This document shows, one piece after another, positions 44,896 to 55,365 of a stretch of 64,000 nt of DNA. A program made the position numbers and the translations under genes. Position 1 is the first letter of the stretch. Every line of letters begins with the position of its first letter. The notes beneath the pieces are model-generated. The model worked only from the letters and a program-made list of their open reading frames with translations. It was not told where the DNA came from and did not search any database. The DNA comes from a virus: IMG/VR virus record IMGVR_UViG_3300008261_003175. The stretch is one strand, 5' to 3'.

Positions 44896-47007
44896 TTATT
44901 TTAACGAAGCATTTTCATTCTTTAATTGAGTATTTCTTTGTTCCAATTTTTTTATCTTGTCTTTTAGATCTTTTATTTTTCTTCTCAATAATATTACTGC
45001 AGCTGGATTGGCGACTGTTGCAACTATTGCGGCTGTGTATCTCTTTATTCTAGAATTATGGAAATTAATTTGTTCTAAATTTGCTTTTATTTCGTCTTCA
45101 TTCGCAGATCTCTTAATTTTAGCCACTTTTTTATTTTTGACTTTATTATTCGGATCTGATTTCGCTAAAGAATCTGCAAGTTGTCGTTTTTGTTTTGCCA
45201 TCTGTATTCTCATACGACGACGTAAACGTTTTCCTCCCTTTAGTTTATTTACGAATGCATTTAAATTTAAAGAATCGTCTTCTTCATCTTCTTCCTCATC
45301 TTCGTCTTCATTATCAGGATCGTCATTAATGACATCAATATTCAATTCATCTATCGTGTCTATAGATACAGTGGGATCTTCCAAATAATTAGAAGCCTCC
45401 TCGTAAATATTTAATTCAGCAGCAGATGTAGTTCCTTGTACGGATTTTACTAGATTTTTACTAATTAATAATAACTTTACTTCTTGAATAATAACATTGT
45501 CGTCAGATGCAAAAGTAGGTGTAGATTGAACAATTACGTTTCCGTCTTTATCTAATGCAACGCCGTATCTTCTTTTTCTCGGAATATTTTCATCAGTTAA
45601 TTTTTCGTCTAATATCGAAATGCTATATCCGCCAAATGTTTTTTGTTTGTTTTGTTTATTATTATTGTACGTGTCTAAGTAATTTTTAAAAATAGCTACA
45701 GTTGAATCTAGCTTATTTATAGAATCTTTCATCTCAGAAACCAGAGAAGGATCCATATTATCACAATTTTCTAAATTTAACAAAGATATTTTTAGATTAT
45801 CAGATATTTCTTGTAGTTTAATTATTATGCCATTTATTAAATTAAAAATAGAATCAAGTACAATGCTTATTTCTTGTAATCTATTTTGAAAATACTTTAC
45901 TGTATCTACAATTTTTCCATTAGCTTCTGACATTAATGTTGATAATCCCAAAATCGTAAATATATTAGGCACTGCCAATAATTTTAAAAACTTGTTAATT
46001 ATCTTTAGTACAAAAACTAGTATTAGACAAACCTGTACAATAGTTCTACCTAAATTAACGTAAGATATTATTTGATTACAAACGTTTTGAATGCTAGTTA
46101 AAGTTCTCAAAATACTCTTAATAGTTCTCGCTATTTTCTTTGGATCAATTAATTTATCTAATTTTTTTAGCTGCTCTTGTATTTTACCACCTGCAATATT
46201 ATTTGCAAAACTAACTAAGTCTTTTGGAGTAGATAGCGCTTGTATTGCAATACACACATTTCTTGTTTTATCTATATAATCTAGTGCTTTTTTTACATCT
46301 GCAGAAGCTAGATTTCTCGGATCAGAATATTGAGCGAAAAAAGACAATATATTATTTATGCCATTTTCAAATATTGTAATTTGAGGAAATGCTTGTAGAA
46401 GCTCTGGATTTTTAAATATTTCTTGAGAGTTTACTCCAACAATATTCTCTAAAAACTGTCTTACATCTGTGATTAAATCGCCTAAAGCTGTTGAGCTTGC
46501 AACAGAATTAAAATCTGTATATTCGCTATAGTATCTATCTATTACTCCTTGTACGTCATACGCAGTTTTTTGTAACGTATATTTTACCCTACCATAAGTA
46601 GTATTAATCTCTTGTTTATTTTTTTCTGGATCAAAATTAGAGCCTTGCACTGCATTGGAAGAAGCAATATAGGTGAATAAAGAACATAAATCAATAGATG
46701 AAAATAATTTTACTATGTTTATAAGACCGTAATCTAAAGGATTACTAAATTTTCCGTTTTTTAAACCAAACTCAGAAGTGCCTTTTCCGTAATAGTATTG
46801 ATCTATCTTGTCTTCGATTTTTGTTACTATATCTTGTATAGTGTGACTTATTTTTCCAAATCCTTCTGCAAGACTTGTACCAGGCGGTGGAGGAGTTTTA
46901 ATGGCTCCTTCTAAAGTTTGCGCATTAACAGGATTATTCGGCGCAGAAATGGCGGGTGGCGCGCTACTTACTGATACAGGTGGTTTATTTACAGAATTAT
47001 TTCCCAT
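44896..47007 (-). CDS. Large helical protein with hydrophobic segments and an acidic tract
   Basis: 703-aa ORF in the baseplate module. Confidence 0.6.
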   Translation of the reverse strand: MGNNSVNKPPVSVSSAPPAISAPNNPVNAQTLEGAIKTPPPPGTSLAEGFGKISHTIQDIVTKIEDKIDQYYYGKGTSEFGLKNGKFSNPLDYGLINIVKLFSSIDLCSLFTYIASSNAVQGSNFDPEKNKQEINTTYGRVKYTLQKTAYDVQGVIDRYYSEYTDFNSVASSTALGDLITDVRQFLENIVGVNSQEIFKNPELLQAFPQITIFENGINNILSFFAQYSDPRNLASADVKKALDYIDKTRNVCIAIQALSTPKDLVSFANNIAGGKIQEQLKKLDKLIDPKKIARTIKSILRTLTSIQNVCNQIISYVNLGRTIVQVCLILVFVLKIINKFLKLLAVPNIFTILGLSTLMSEANGKIVDTVKYFQNRLQEISIVLDSIFNLINGIIIKLQEISDNLKISLLNLENCDNMDPSLVSEMKDSINKLDSTVAIFKNYLDTYNNNKQNKQKTFGGYSISILDEKLTDENIPRKRRYGVALDKDGNVIVQSTPTFASDDNVIIQEVKLLLISKNLVKSVQGTTSAAELNIYEEASNYLEDPTVSIDTIDELNIDVINDDPDNEDEDEEEDEEDDSLNLNAFVNKLKGGKRLRRRMRIQMAKQKRQLADSLAKSDPNNKVKNKKVAKIKRSANEDEIKANLEQINFHNSRIKRYTAAIVATVANPAAVILLRRKIKDLKDKIKKLEQRNTQLKNENASLK

Positions 47008-47450
47008 TATTTTGTAAATGTTACTTTTGATAATGGATACTGAGGATTATCTTTATTTTGCAACCTCGGTATCAAATTTTTACATGTAGTATATAATTTA
47101 TCTCCTGCTGCTTTTATTGCCAAAAAAGATGCTGCTGGAGAAGTATCAGATACGCGTTGAAGTTGAGAAGCTAACGATTGTAAATCTGTAACGATATTTA
47201 AAAATTGTAACAAAAAAGTTTGACCTAATATAATAGGTTCTCCTTGAGTTGACGCCTTATGTCCCAATTCTATTTTATCAGAATCTATCAAAATAGCATT
47301 TTTAGCATCAAAATTTATAGTATCAGTAGAAGATAATGCTACCATCTTTTTACCAAATAAAAAAATACCTTCATTTTTAGAGTGAAGAAGGACTCTATCT
47401 GATGATAATATAATTTGTCTCCCTTTATATGGAAAATTTGGATCTAACAT
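47007..47450 (-). CDS. Baseplate spike / gp5 C-terminal-like protein
   Basis: QIILSSDR beta repeats and I.LG....EP..LG. Confidence 0.55.
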   Translation of the reverse strand: MLDPNFPYKGRQIILSSDRVLLHSKNEGIFLFGKKMVALSSTDTINFDAKNAILIDSDKIELGHKASTQGEPIILGQTFLLQFLNIVTDLQSLASQLQRVSDTSPAASFLAIKAAGDKLYTTCKNLIPRLQNKDNPQYPLSKVTFTK

Positions 47451-47464
47451 ATTTTATTTTTTTA

Positions 47465-48430
47465 TTATTCACTATCGTTTGTAATTTCTTGCGCACTATC
47501 TTGAAAATTATTAGTGACAGTGTTTATGTTTACCGCATTTTTATCCTGATCAGCTGCGGATACAAATTCATTGGTTTTAAAATATCTTTCAGGACGCTTA
47601 GCATCTGCCACTTGAGGATTGTTAGAATTACTAGTAGCATACGATCTTTTTGGAAATAGATTAATGTCAGTCATTATAATGCTGTGATCTTCTGTTAAGT
47701 AAATTGAAGATCCGTCTTTATTAATGTCTTCAAAAAATGTTGGTGAATCTATCTCAGCACTAGTAGGAAATCTTTGTTTATTAGAAATAATAGTAATAGG
47801 TTTTCCATTATCAGTATTATCTGACCATGTATTGTACTTATTCATGTTTGGCACACTTGATCCGAATCTAATTGATTGACCAAACCGGCCTTGAATTATT
47901 ATGTCGCCTTCAAAAGGTCTAAGTTGTTTTATGTTTTCTTGTTCGTCAAAAGTGAAACCTTGTGCAACTGGAATATTACCTACTGGACCTTCAGAATCAT
48001 AATCGGAAGAAATTCTAGTATTTTTAATTTGAGCAGCGTATTGTTCCAATCTTGGAAATACATTATGATGAGCATCTCCCCATGTAGCAAATGGTGGAAG
48101 ATAGTAATAATCTTGCTCTTTTGATCCATCATTCATATTTGAAGAAGGTCCTGAAAAGATTAAAACTTGCTCTCCAATATTAGGATAGTGTCTTATATTT
48201 CCAAACATTGGATACGCTTTTCTTGAATTGTTTGAACTTGCGTTAGTTCCTGATTTATTTATAAATAAAGGTTCGTAGTATATTGCGCCTATATCTTTTT
48301 CGCATGTGAAATCTAAATCCTGAATGGTATTAGTTTTTTGAGACCCTAATATAATTCTATTTACTCTACCCACAAAAAATGGAGGTAATGAACCCTCAGC
48401 GCTTGCACCATTATATACATCAAAAGCCAT
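47465..48430 (-). CDS. Baseplate hub / gp5 N-terminal-like protein
   Basis: YP.IGE.V and PFEGD..IQGRFGQSIRF. Confidence 0.55.
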   Translation of the reverse strand: MAFDVYNGASAEGSLPPFFVGRVNRIILGSQKTNTIQDLDFTCEKDIGAIYYEPLFINKSGTNASSNNSRKAYPMFGNIRHYPNIGEQVLIFSGPSSNMNDGSKEQDYYYLPPFATWGDAHHNVFPRLEQYAAQIKNTRISSDYDSEGPVGNIPVAQGFTFDEQENIKQLRPFEGDIIIQGRFGQSIRFGSSVPNMNKYNTWSDNTDNGKPITIISNKQRFPTSAEIDSPTFFEDINKDGSSIYLTEDHSIIMTDINLFPKRSYATSNSNNPQVADAKRPERYFKTNEFVSAADQDKNAVNINTVTNNFQDSAQEITNDSE

Positions 48431-48435
48431 ATTAA

Positions 48436-48792
48436 TTAATTAATTAGTTTTTTATCGTCTTTTGGAATAATAGAGTTAACTTCACTAAATAATTGAGCTA
48501 TGTCCTTTTCAGATAATAGGCTAGTATCGCCTTCTGCAGATTGAGCTTTCTCAGCAGCTTTTTGAAATAGTTGAAGTATCTTCATAAGAACCTCATCATT
48601 TTTAATACTAGAATCAAAAAAGGCTTTTAACAAAGGCACTATAATAATAGCATCTCCAGGAGAAGATATTAATTCTGACAACCTCTCTATTTCTCCAGTA
48701 AGTCTGCTGTCTTGCGACTTGTGTTTATCGTAGACTTCTTTTACTAGATCAGAGATTTTTTTTCCTTTGAATATTTCTTTATCTAAATCCAT
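48436..48792 (-). CDS. Hypothetical late protein
   Basis: GATATTTATA upstream on the - strand. Confidence 0.65.
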   Translation of the reverse strand: MDLDKEIFKGKKISDLVKEVYDKHKSQDSRLTGEIERLSELISSPGDAIIIVPLLKAFFDSSIKNDEVLMKILQLFQKAAEKAQSAEGDTSLLSEKDIAQLFSEVNSIIPKDDKKLIN

Positions 48793-48808
48793 TGTTTTTA
48801 TATAAATA

Positions 48809-49558
48809 TCAATGGTCTATATTTTGAATGTAGTGTTCTAATATACGTTTATATACAGATTTTAATTTTTTTATAACCTTTGTTATTGTTATACTTGGAA
48901 CATCTGCAATTTCTTTTACATAAATAAAAATAGCTTTTTTATTAAAAATATCTATGTTGTTTCTTTTCCTAAAGATTTCAAGTATAGCATCAGCGGTTTT
49001 TAGATCTTCAGCTTTATCGAACATTTCAAATATTTTATCTTCTATTTCTTTAATAAACATGTCGATTACTCCCAATCTATCTATATCGTTAGATTCTGGT
49101 TTTTCAATAAGTAGATCTATTGTCTTCTCTTCGTTGTGTATCTCTTGAAAATCCGTTTTTGAAAGTATTTTTTTATAGTTCTTTTGATTATATAAAATCA
49201 AATACCTTTTTACAATAGTTCCAAAATAAGAATACGCCTTTCCCTTAGATTGATCGTAGAGATCTATCTTTTGAAGTAGAAACGATATTACCTCATATTT
49301 AAGATCTTCGATGTTATCTACATCAGTATAATAGAATTTAAAAGTATGAATTATATTTTCAGCTAATTTATAAAAAGCATTATGAATTTTTTCATTATAC
49401 AATCTATTTTTTTCATCGTATGTTTTAGCAACTCTGTATGCCAATATAGCATTTTCTGTGTCCTCAGTAAAATATACATTTTTTGTTTTAGGCTTTCTTT
49501 TTCTAGGAACTCCTTTTTTAGTCAATTGGACTATTTCTACTTCTTTATTATCACTCAT
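48809..49558 (-). CDS. Putative late-transcription sigma factor (gp55-like)
   Basis: Sigma region-2-like EDL..E....L...YD..KGKAYSYF.TI. Confidence 0.65.
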   Translation of the reverse strand: MSDNKEVEIVQLTKKGVPRKRKPKTKNVYFTEDTENAILAYRVAKTYDEKNRLYNEKIHNAFYKLAENIIHTFKFYYTDVDNIEDLKYEVISFLLQKIDLYDQSKGKAYSYFGTIVKRYLILYNQKNYKKILSKTDFQEIHNEEKTIDLLIEKPESNDIDRLGVIDMFIKEIEDKIFEMFDKAEDLKTADAILEIFRKRNNIDIFNKKAIFIYVKEIADVPSITITKVIKKLKSVYKRILEHYIQNIDH

Positions 49559-49823
49559 TTGTTAAATAGTCTTTTATTTGAGATTGTATTTGTTTTACGG
49601 AATCGAATAAGGCATGCAATTCAGGATCTGACTGAACCCATATAGTAGAATCTATTTTTTCTACTGCTTTATCTATTTCTTTAATAGTTAAAAGCATAGA
49701 ATCTATAAAATTATTCTGTTTGATGACAGCATTTTCTAACTTTTTATTCTTATTATATAAATTATATATAACGTAACTTAAAATTGTTAGGGGCCATAGT
49801 ATGACCATTATTAGTGTAAACAT
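49551..49823 (-). CDS. N-terminal TM protein
   Basis: Hydrophobic N-terminus. Confidence 0.6.
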   Translation of the reverse strand: MFTLIMVILWPLTILSYVIYNLYNKNKKLENAVIKQNNFIDSMLLTIKEIDKAVEKIDSTIWVQSDPELHALFDSVKQIQSQIKDYLTNE

Positions 49824-49826
49824 ATT

Positions 49827-50465
49827 TTATTTATTTTGATTTTCTATTCGTGATGCTGCTAAGTCAGCTTGATGGACAATATACGGTAGATTGGTTTTTA
49901 ATTCCGCATCTGGAGAATACGTTATGTAGTAAGCCTTATTTGCTTCTTCATATAACCCATCATGCAATTTGATTGTCAAGAATTCATTTTCAGAAACTGG
50001 AATATTAGCTTGTTGGAGGTAGTATAGACTTCTATCAGCTATTCTCATATGAGTCATATTGCTATTGTACTTGTAATGAGCTCCTTGGTTTTTAATATGC
50101 CATTCTGAATCATTAGGAACATAGAAAGGTTGATCATTTGTGCCTAATTTTCCAAGATCGTGATTCAAACACGAGAATACTAACTCTTCAAGAGTGTAAT
50201 TTTTCTTTTGATTGAATTTATCCCACACTCTATCGATTACTAATGCTAATTCTGTAACTCTTAATACGTGATCTAAGTAACCTCCTGGGAAACAATTATG
50301 ATGAGCATCTTTTGTTGATGCTGGAGAATCCACTAATGTCTGCTCTATTGATTTATAGAAGTTTATAAGTTGATCTTTCCTAGATCCAGTAATGTACTTG
50401 TCAATATACTCATAGAATTTATTAACGTTTTCAAGCATTTGTTCAGCTGTTAATTTGAATTTCAT
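49827..50465 (-). CDS. HD-domain phosphohydrolase
   Basis: PAS...HH...GG..DH, HDLGK, HDG and HQAD. Confidence 0.85.
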   Translation of the reverse strand: MKFKLTAEQMLENVNKFYEYIDKYITGSRKDQLINFYKSIEQTLVDSPASTKDAHHNCFPGGYLDHVLRVTELALVIDRVWDKFNQKKNYTLEELVFSCLNHDLGKLGTNDQPFYVPNDSEWHIKNQGAHYKYNSNMTHMRIADRSLYYLQQANIPVSENEFLTIKLHDGLYEEANKAYYITYSPDAELKTNLPYIVHQADLAASRIENQNK

Positions 50466-50483
50466 AACTCTTTTTATTTTAAT

Positions 50484-50804
50484 TTACGCATTTTTAATGA
50501 TAGTTAACATATTATCTATCGAGTGTACATACGTTAATATAGTTGTGCTATTTAAATTTTTAATTTGATTCAATTGATTAGATTCTTTAGCAAAACAAAT
50601 TAATATTTTTCTATTTGGAAAAGATTCAATAATACACATTGGATAGATATTAGATTTTGTCGCGTTTTCTAATTTTTCGCATGCTAATTGATCAGTTGCG
50701 TATGATACCTCTTTATACTTTATAAAAGAATGATTCAATTCGTTTTTTAACCTATCACAAACAGAGCATCCTTGAAGTGTATATATCGTTATTTTATTCG
50801 TCAT
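50484..50804 (-). CDS. Glutaredoxin-like protein
   Basis: IYT..GCSVC and YP. Confidence 0.65.
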   Translation of the reverse strand: MTNKITIYTLQGCSVCDRLKNELNHSFIKYKEVSYATDQLACEKLENATKSNIYPMCIIESFPNRKILICFAKESNQLNQIKNLNSTTILTYVHSIDNMLTIIKNA

Positions 50805-50810
50805 AAAAAA

Positions 50811-50972
50811 TTAAGTAGTTTCGTTATCTAATTGATCATCATCAAATTCGGGATCATAAATAGCTAATAGAAGAGTCCACATTTTTTGCTCTTCGTCTGT
50901 CATTCCATCGTAAGAAATAGCTAGATATTTGTATATTGCATCTAGTTGTTCTTCTGTTAGTTGTTGCTGCAT
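50811..50972 (-). CDS. Small acidic protein (MQQQLTEEQLDAIYKYL...), not in ORF track
   Basis: Hand-translated 53 aa, directly after CATATTTAT. Confidence 0.55.
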   Translation of the reverse strand: MQQQLTEEQLDAIYKYLAISYDGMTDEEQKMWTLLLAIYDPEFDDDQLDNETT

Positions 50973-51348
50973 AAGCATAAATATGATTACAGGGTATTTG
51001 GCCCAATTTTCTAGTGATGATGATCTTGTTTTTTGTTTTTAACTTATTTTCCAATGCCCTGCGGAAATTTTACCCCCGTCGATTTAATATCATGTCGAAA
51101 TTCATCGGCTTTTTATTAAAAACTATATTTTTATACCTGACGCATTGTTACCTTGATCTTAGCGCCGAGTAGCGAAATGCTTCTTTATTCTACGACTCGC
51201 TCATGGAATCACACCAAGCTACGGTATAGAGCATAAAGTTTCGCAATTTACATAAATATACAACAATATTTCTATAAAAAAAAATAATTTTTAAAGTACA
51301 TAGAAAAAAAAGTTTTTTATTTCGAGATAAAAACAGTATATTAGTATT

Positions 51349-52284
51349 ATGGATAATAGTAAATACGTACTTGGCTTATTGGAATCTGTTCTAGGTAAAG
51401 CAAAACCCGACAAAAATAAAATGGATCACATATTCCATTGTCCTATATGCAAACATAAGAAGCCTAAACTCGTTGTAAACATATCAACTGGACAATATAA
51501 CTGTTGGACATGCCATCCAGCGACAAAGGGTAAAACTCCAGTAACGTTATTTAAAAAACTAGAAGTCTCGGCTGATAAAATACTAGAAATGAAACAGTAT
51601 TTTAAAGGAGATAGAACGTCTCTTGAGAACTATAATCCTACTAAAGTAACATTACCAGAAGAATTTGTACCACTAAGTAATATTCCTAAAGGTATCAATA
51701 TAGAATACAGACACGCAATGGTTTATTTAAAACAAAGAGGAATAACTACAGAAGATATAAAGAAATACAATATGGGATACTGCTCCTCTGGAAGATTTAG
51801 AAATCGCATCATTGTGCCTTCATACGATAAAAATGGACAGCTTAATTATTTTATTGCTAGATCATTTGAAAAAGAACCATTCTTAAAATATGATGCTCCA
51901 AGCTGCTCCAAAACAGAAATTATAGGCTTTGAATACCTTATAAATTGGAAAATACCCGTAATTCTATGCGAAGGATCTTTCGATGCTATTGCAATTAAAA
52001 GAAATGCAATTCCTTTATTTGGTAAAACTATTCCAAAAGCGCTAATGATGAAATTAGTAGAATCTGATGTAAAAACTGTATATATAGCATTGGACAACGA
52101 CGCTCTTAAAGAGTCTATGACTTACGCAGAGAGTCTAATTAATATGGGCAAAGAGGTTTATCTAATAGAATTAGAAGGAAAAGATCCTGCAGACATGGGA
52201 TTTGAAACAATCACTAAACTTTTACATAGAGCAAAGCAGCTCACATTCACAGATTTATTAATTAAAAAAATGCAACTAGCATGA
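51349..52284 (+). CDS. DNA primase (Zn finger plus TOPRIM)
   Basis: CPIC...CWTC, YL.QRG, RII.P, EG.FDA, LD.D and KDP.D. Confidence 0.9.
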   Translation: MDNSKYVLGLLESVLGKAKPDKNKMDHIFHCPICKHKKPKLVVNISTGQYNCWTCHPATKGKTPVTLFKKLEVSADKILEMKQYFKGDRTSLENYNPTKVTLPEEFVPLSNIPKGINIEYRHAMVYLKQRGITTEDIKKYNMGYCSSGRFRNRIIVPSYDKNGQLNYFIARSFEKEPFLKYDAPSCSKTEIIGFEYLINWKIPVILCEGSFDAIAIKRNAIPLFGKTIPKALMMKLVESDVKTVYIALDNDALKESMTYAESLINMGKEVYLIELEGKDPADMGFETITKLLHRAKQLTFTDLLIKKMQLA

Positions 52285-53069
52285 TAAACAAATCAAGTAA
52301 CGTCTTTAAAGACAAGCGCTTAAAAATGATGGTCGAAACAGACCCCGATCTAAGACAAATCACACTTCCCGATGCCAGATACTACCAAAGATCGCCAGGC
52401 ATATTTTATCCTTCAGTGACAACTATATTAGGTTATTTTCCCAAAGGAGCATTTTTCGAAACATGGTTAAAAGATTCTGGTCACAATGCTGATTTTATAA
52501 TGAGACGTGCAGGAGATGAAGGCACTCAAGTTCATAATGCAGTAGAAGATATTTTAAGAGGAAAAGAACTTAGATGGATAGAGGCCGACGGCCATGTAAA
52601 CTATAACACTCATGTTTGGAGAATGATTTTAAGTTTCTACGATTTTTGGAGTACGTACAAACCAACTCTTTTGCTTTCTGAAGAGTTTATGTTTTCAGAC
52701 ACACATAAATATTCTGGAACATTAGATCTTTTGCTAGAGTTAAATGGAAAAAAATGGATTATAGATATAAAAACCTCAACAGCTATTCACACTAGTCACT
52801 TTTTACAAATGTCTGCGTATGTAAAAGCTTACGAAGAAAGATATTTACAAAATATAGATAATGTTGGTATATTGTGGTTAAAATCTCCAAAAAAAGGAGC
52901 TGATAAAACTGGCAAAAGAATACAAGGAGCTGGTTGGGAATTAAAAGAGGGAGATAAAAGCATAGATGATTACTTTCAAATGTTCCTACATACGTACGAA
53001 ACATATAAAATGATGCACCCGGAACAAGAAATAGAGATGTTAACTCTACCAAACTCTATAAAGCTCTAG
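52281..53069 (+). CDS. PD-(D/E)XK exonuclease
   Basis: YPSVTTIL, GTQVH, G..D...IID.KT and Q.SAY. Confidence 0.85.
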   Translation: MINKSSNVFKDKRLKMMVETDPDLRQITLPDARYYQRSPGIFYPSVTTILGYFPKGAFFETWLKDSGHNADFIMRRAGDEGTQVHNAVEDILRGKELRWIEADGHVNYNTHVWRMILSFYDFWSTYKPTLLLSEEFMFSDTHKYSGTLDLLLELNGKKWIIDIKTSTAIHTSHFLQMSAYVKAYEERYLQNIDNVGILWLKSPKKGADKTGKRIQGAGWELKEGDKSIDDYFQMFLHTYETYKMMHPEQEIEMLTLPNSIKL

Positions 53070-53087
53070 GTTTAAATATTTATAAGC

Positions 53088-53888
53088 ATGATAAGGTTAA
53101 GTAGTCTACTTTTAGAAGCTATCGGCAATCCCATAGCCATATTTTTAGCAGGTTCTGCTGGAGCGGGTAAATCTACATTTAGAAGGGAATTTTTGGATTC
53201 TATTGCAGATTTTACCATTTTAAATATAGATGATGAATACGAACCTTTATTACAAAAAGCTAATCTTCCATTAGATTTTAGAAAATTTAAAGGACCAGAA
53301 GATCTATCTGCAGCAGGCACAGCGATGTCTCAAGCTCAAAAAACTCATAGGTTTAAATACGAGAAGTCAAAAGCAGACATGTCTCATATAATAATTGACG
53401 GAACTGGAGGTTCATCTAGAGAAATTATAAAAAAGAAAAAAGAATTAGAAGATTTGGGATATAGAACAGCCATGGTTTTGATATTTGTTCCACCAGATAT
53501 ATCGCTTTATAGAAACATTAAAAGGGGCGATGAAGGAGGAAGAACTCTTATGCCTTCAATAATACTGAGAAGTTGGTCATCTATGTTTTCTAATATTGAT
53601 GTATATAAAAAAGAATTTGGAGACAACTTTATGTTGTATAAAGCGTATAAACCGGGTGAAGAAATATTTCCAGATTTTGATCCATCTAATCCTGAAATGA
53701 AAAAACAATTTTTCGATCCATTTCAAGTAAAAGGAAAAGAAAAATCTCCAGAGGAAAGAGCTAAAATGAATAAAAACATTAAAGATCTAAATAATCAAAT
53801 ATTATCTCAAATGCAAAAGATAAAAGATCTTGATTTCGATGATCCTTCTGAAATTAAAATAAAGATAAATAGATTGGCAAATGCGTGA
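53088..53888 (+). CDS. P-loop kinase (zeta-toxin/AAA_33-like) with MIRLSSLLLE leader
   Basis: AGSAGAGKS, NIDD, IIDGT and RN.KR. Confidence 0.75.
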   Translation: MIRLSSLLLEAIGNPIAIFLAGSAGAGKSTFRREFLDSIADFTILNIDDEYEPLLQKANLPLDFRKFKGPEDLSAAGTAMSQAQKTHRFKYEKSKADMSHIIIDGTGGSSREIIKKKKELEDLGYRTAMVLIFVPPDISLYRNIKRGDEGGRTLMPSIILRSWSSMFSNIDVYKKEFGDNFMLYKAYKPGEEIFPDFDPSNPEMKKQFFDPFQVKGKEKSPEERAKMNKNIKDLNNQILSQMQKIKDLDFDDPSEIKIKINRLANA

Positions 53889-54471
53889 TTATAGTCAAAT
53901 AGGCGTAGAAATAATCAAAGAGATTCTTAAAGAGGTGGATGATAAGACAGGACCTTGTTTTTTTCCTGGTAAATTTAAACCACCTCATAAAGGTCATTTT
54001 GAAGCCGCTAAGTACCTAACTCAAAGACCCTATATAAATAAAGTATACGTTGTCATAAGCAATGTAACAAAATTTGGAATAACAGCTAATGATAGTCTTA
54101 CAATATGGCAAGATTACTTAGCTGCTGAACCAAATAATAATATAGAAGTAAAAATTTCTACAGAAGGCACACCAATAAAAGATATATTTAGATTTGCAGC
54201 ACAAAATCCTGAATTAAAAAGTATATATGTTGCATCAGCAAAAGAGGAAGCAGACAATCTAGGATATTTTGATAAATTGCAAGAGCAATTTCCTAATATT
54301 AAAAAAGAAGTTGTTCCCGACCAATTTGGTAGAATATCAGCAACTCAAATGAGAAACGCGGTAAAAGACGGAAATTTTGATGAGTTTGCAAAATTTGTAC
54401 CAACAAGCGCATATAATAAAGGAAAAGCAAAAGAAGTTTTTGGATTGCTAACAAAAATTCTAGAAAAATAA
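53881..54471 (+). CDS. HxGH nucleotidyltransferase (cytidylyltransferase-like)
   Basis: FPGKFKPPHKGH and ISATQMR. Confidence 0.8.
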   Translation: MRDYSQIGVEIIKEILKEVDDKTGPCFFPGKFKPPHKGHFEAAKYLTQRPYINKVYVVISNVTKFGITANDSLTIWQDYLAAEPNNNIEVKISTEGTPIKDIFRFAAQNPELKSIYVASAKEEADNLGYFDKLQEQFPNIKKEVVPDQFGRISATQMRNAVKDGNFDEFAKFVPTSAYNKGKAKEVFGLLTKILEK

Positions 54472-55365
54472 ATGGATTCTCAACAAAGATTAGGTATAAT
54501 AAACGATTTCATTGAGTATTGTCAGACTAATTTAGAAATAGAAGACTTACCAGAAATAAATTTCACTGAAGAAAGAGAGTGGGCTACATCAATCCACAGC
54601 TTTGGACAATACGCAAACAATCAAAAATCTCTAGAAGTCTATATTGGAAATAGAAATTTAGCCGATATACTAAGAACACTTTCTCATGAACTAGTTCATC
54701 ACAGACAGAACGAATTGGGAATGTTAGATTCAAGATCTGGAGACACAGGATCAGAAATTGAGAACCAAGCAAACTCAATATCAGGCATTTTAATGAGAAA
54801 CTACGGAAAAATGAACGAATTAATATACGAATCAAAATTGAAATTTATGGCTGAGTCCATAATAAAGTCAAGATTCACTATATATTGCGATATGGACGGA
54901 GTTTTAACTGATTTTGAAGTACAATTTGATCACTATTACGGAATGAGCGCTAGAGAATTTTCAAACGCAAAAGGTCCAACAATAATGAAAAAAGCCGTTG
55001 ACGATGTGGGACTGGATTTTTGGGCTAAAATGCCTCTATTTCCTGGAGCGCTTGAATTATGGTCATACATATCTAAATATCAACCTATAATATTGTCTAG
55101 TCCAAGTACTTTTAAATACGCTAAACAAGGAAAAGATATATGGATTGCTAATAATTTAAGACCATCGCCTAGCGAAATAATATATAAACAAACCGGTCAC
55201 AAAGAAGAAGCTATCCAGGGACTGCCAGAAACTGAAATAAAGAGATCTATACTCATAGACGATTACTACAAAAACCTAGCACCATGGAAAGAGCTGGGTG
55301 GCATAGGAATCACTCACAGAAGCGCTGAACAAACTATAAACATATTAAAAAAGTTTCGATTATGA
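54472..55365 (+). CDS. Fusion of HExxH metallopeptidase-like domain and HAD 5'(3')-deoxyribonucleotidase-like domain
   Basis: TLSHELVH..Q...E.QA; IYCDMDGVL.DF, FW..MP and ILIDD. Confidence 0.75.
   Translation: MDSQQRLGIINDFIEYCQTNLEIEDLPEINFTEEREWATSIHSFGQYANNQKSLEVYIGNRNLADILRTLSHELVHHRQNELGMLDSRSGDTGSEIENQANSISGILMRNYGKMNELIYESKLKFMAESIIKSRFTIYCDMDGVLTDFEVQFDHYYGMSAREFSNAKGPTIMKKAVDDVGLDFWAKMPLFPGALELWSYISKYQPIILSSPSTFKYAKQGKDIWIANNLRPSPSEIIYKQTGHKEEAIQGLPETEIKRSILIDDYYKNLAPWKELGGIGITHRSAEQTINILKKFRL

Noticed and set aside
44957-45388. Poly-Ser ORF on + and similar antisense ORFs elsewhere
   Set aside because: Shadow of the acidic tract of the real minus-strand gene; the other short antisense ORFs overlap well-supported genes.
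50854-51054. 66-aa minus-strand ORF from the track
   Set aside because: It has a TTG start and overlaps a better ATG ORF (50972-50811) that follows the late motif.
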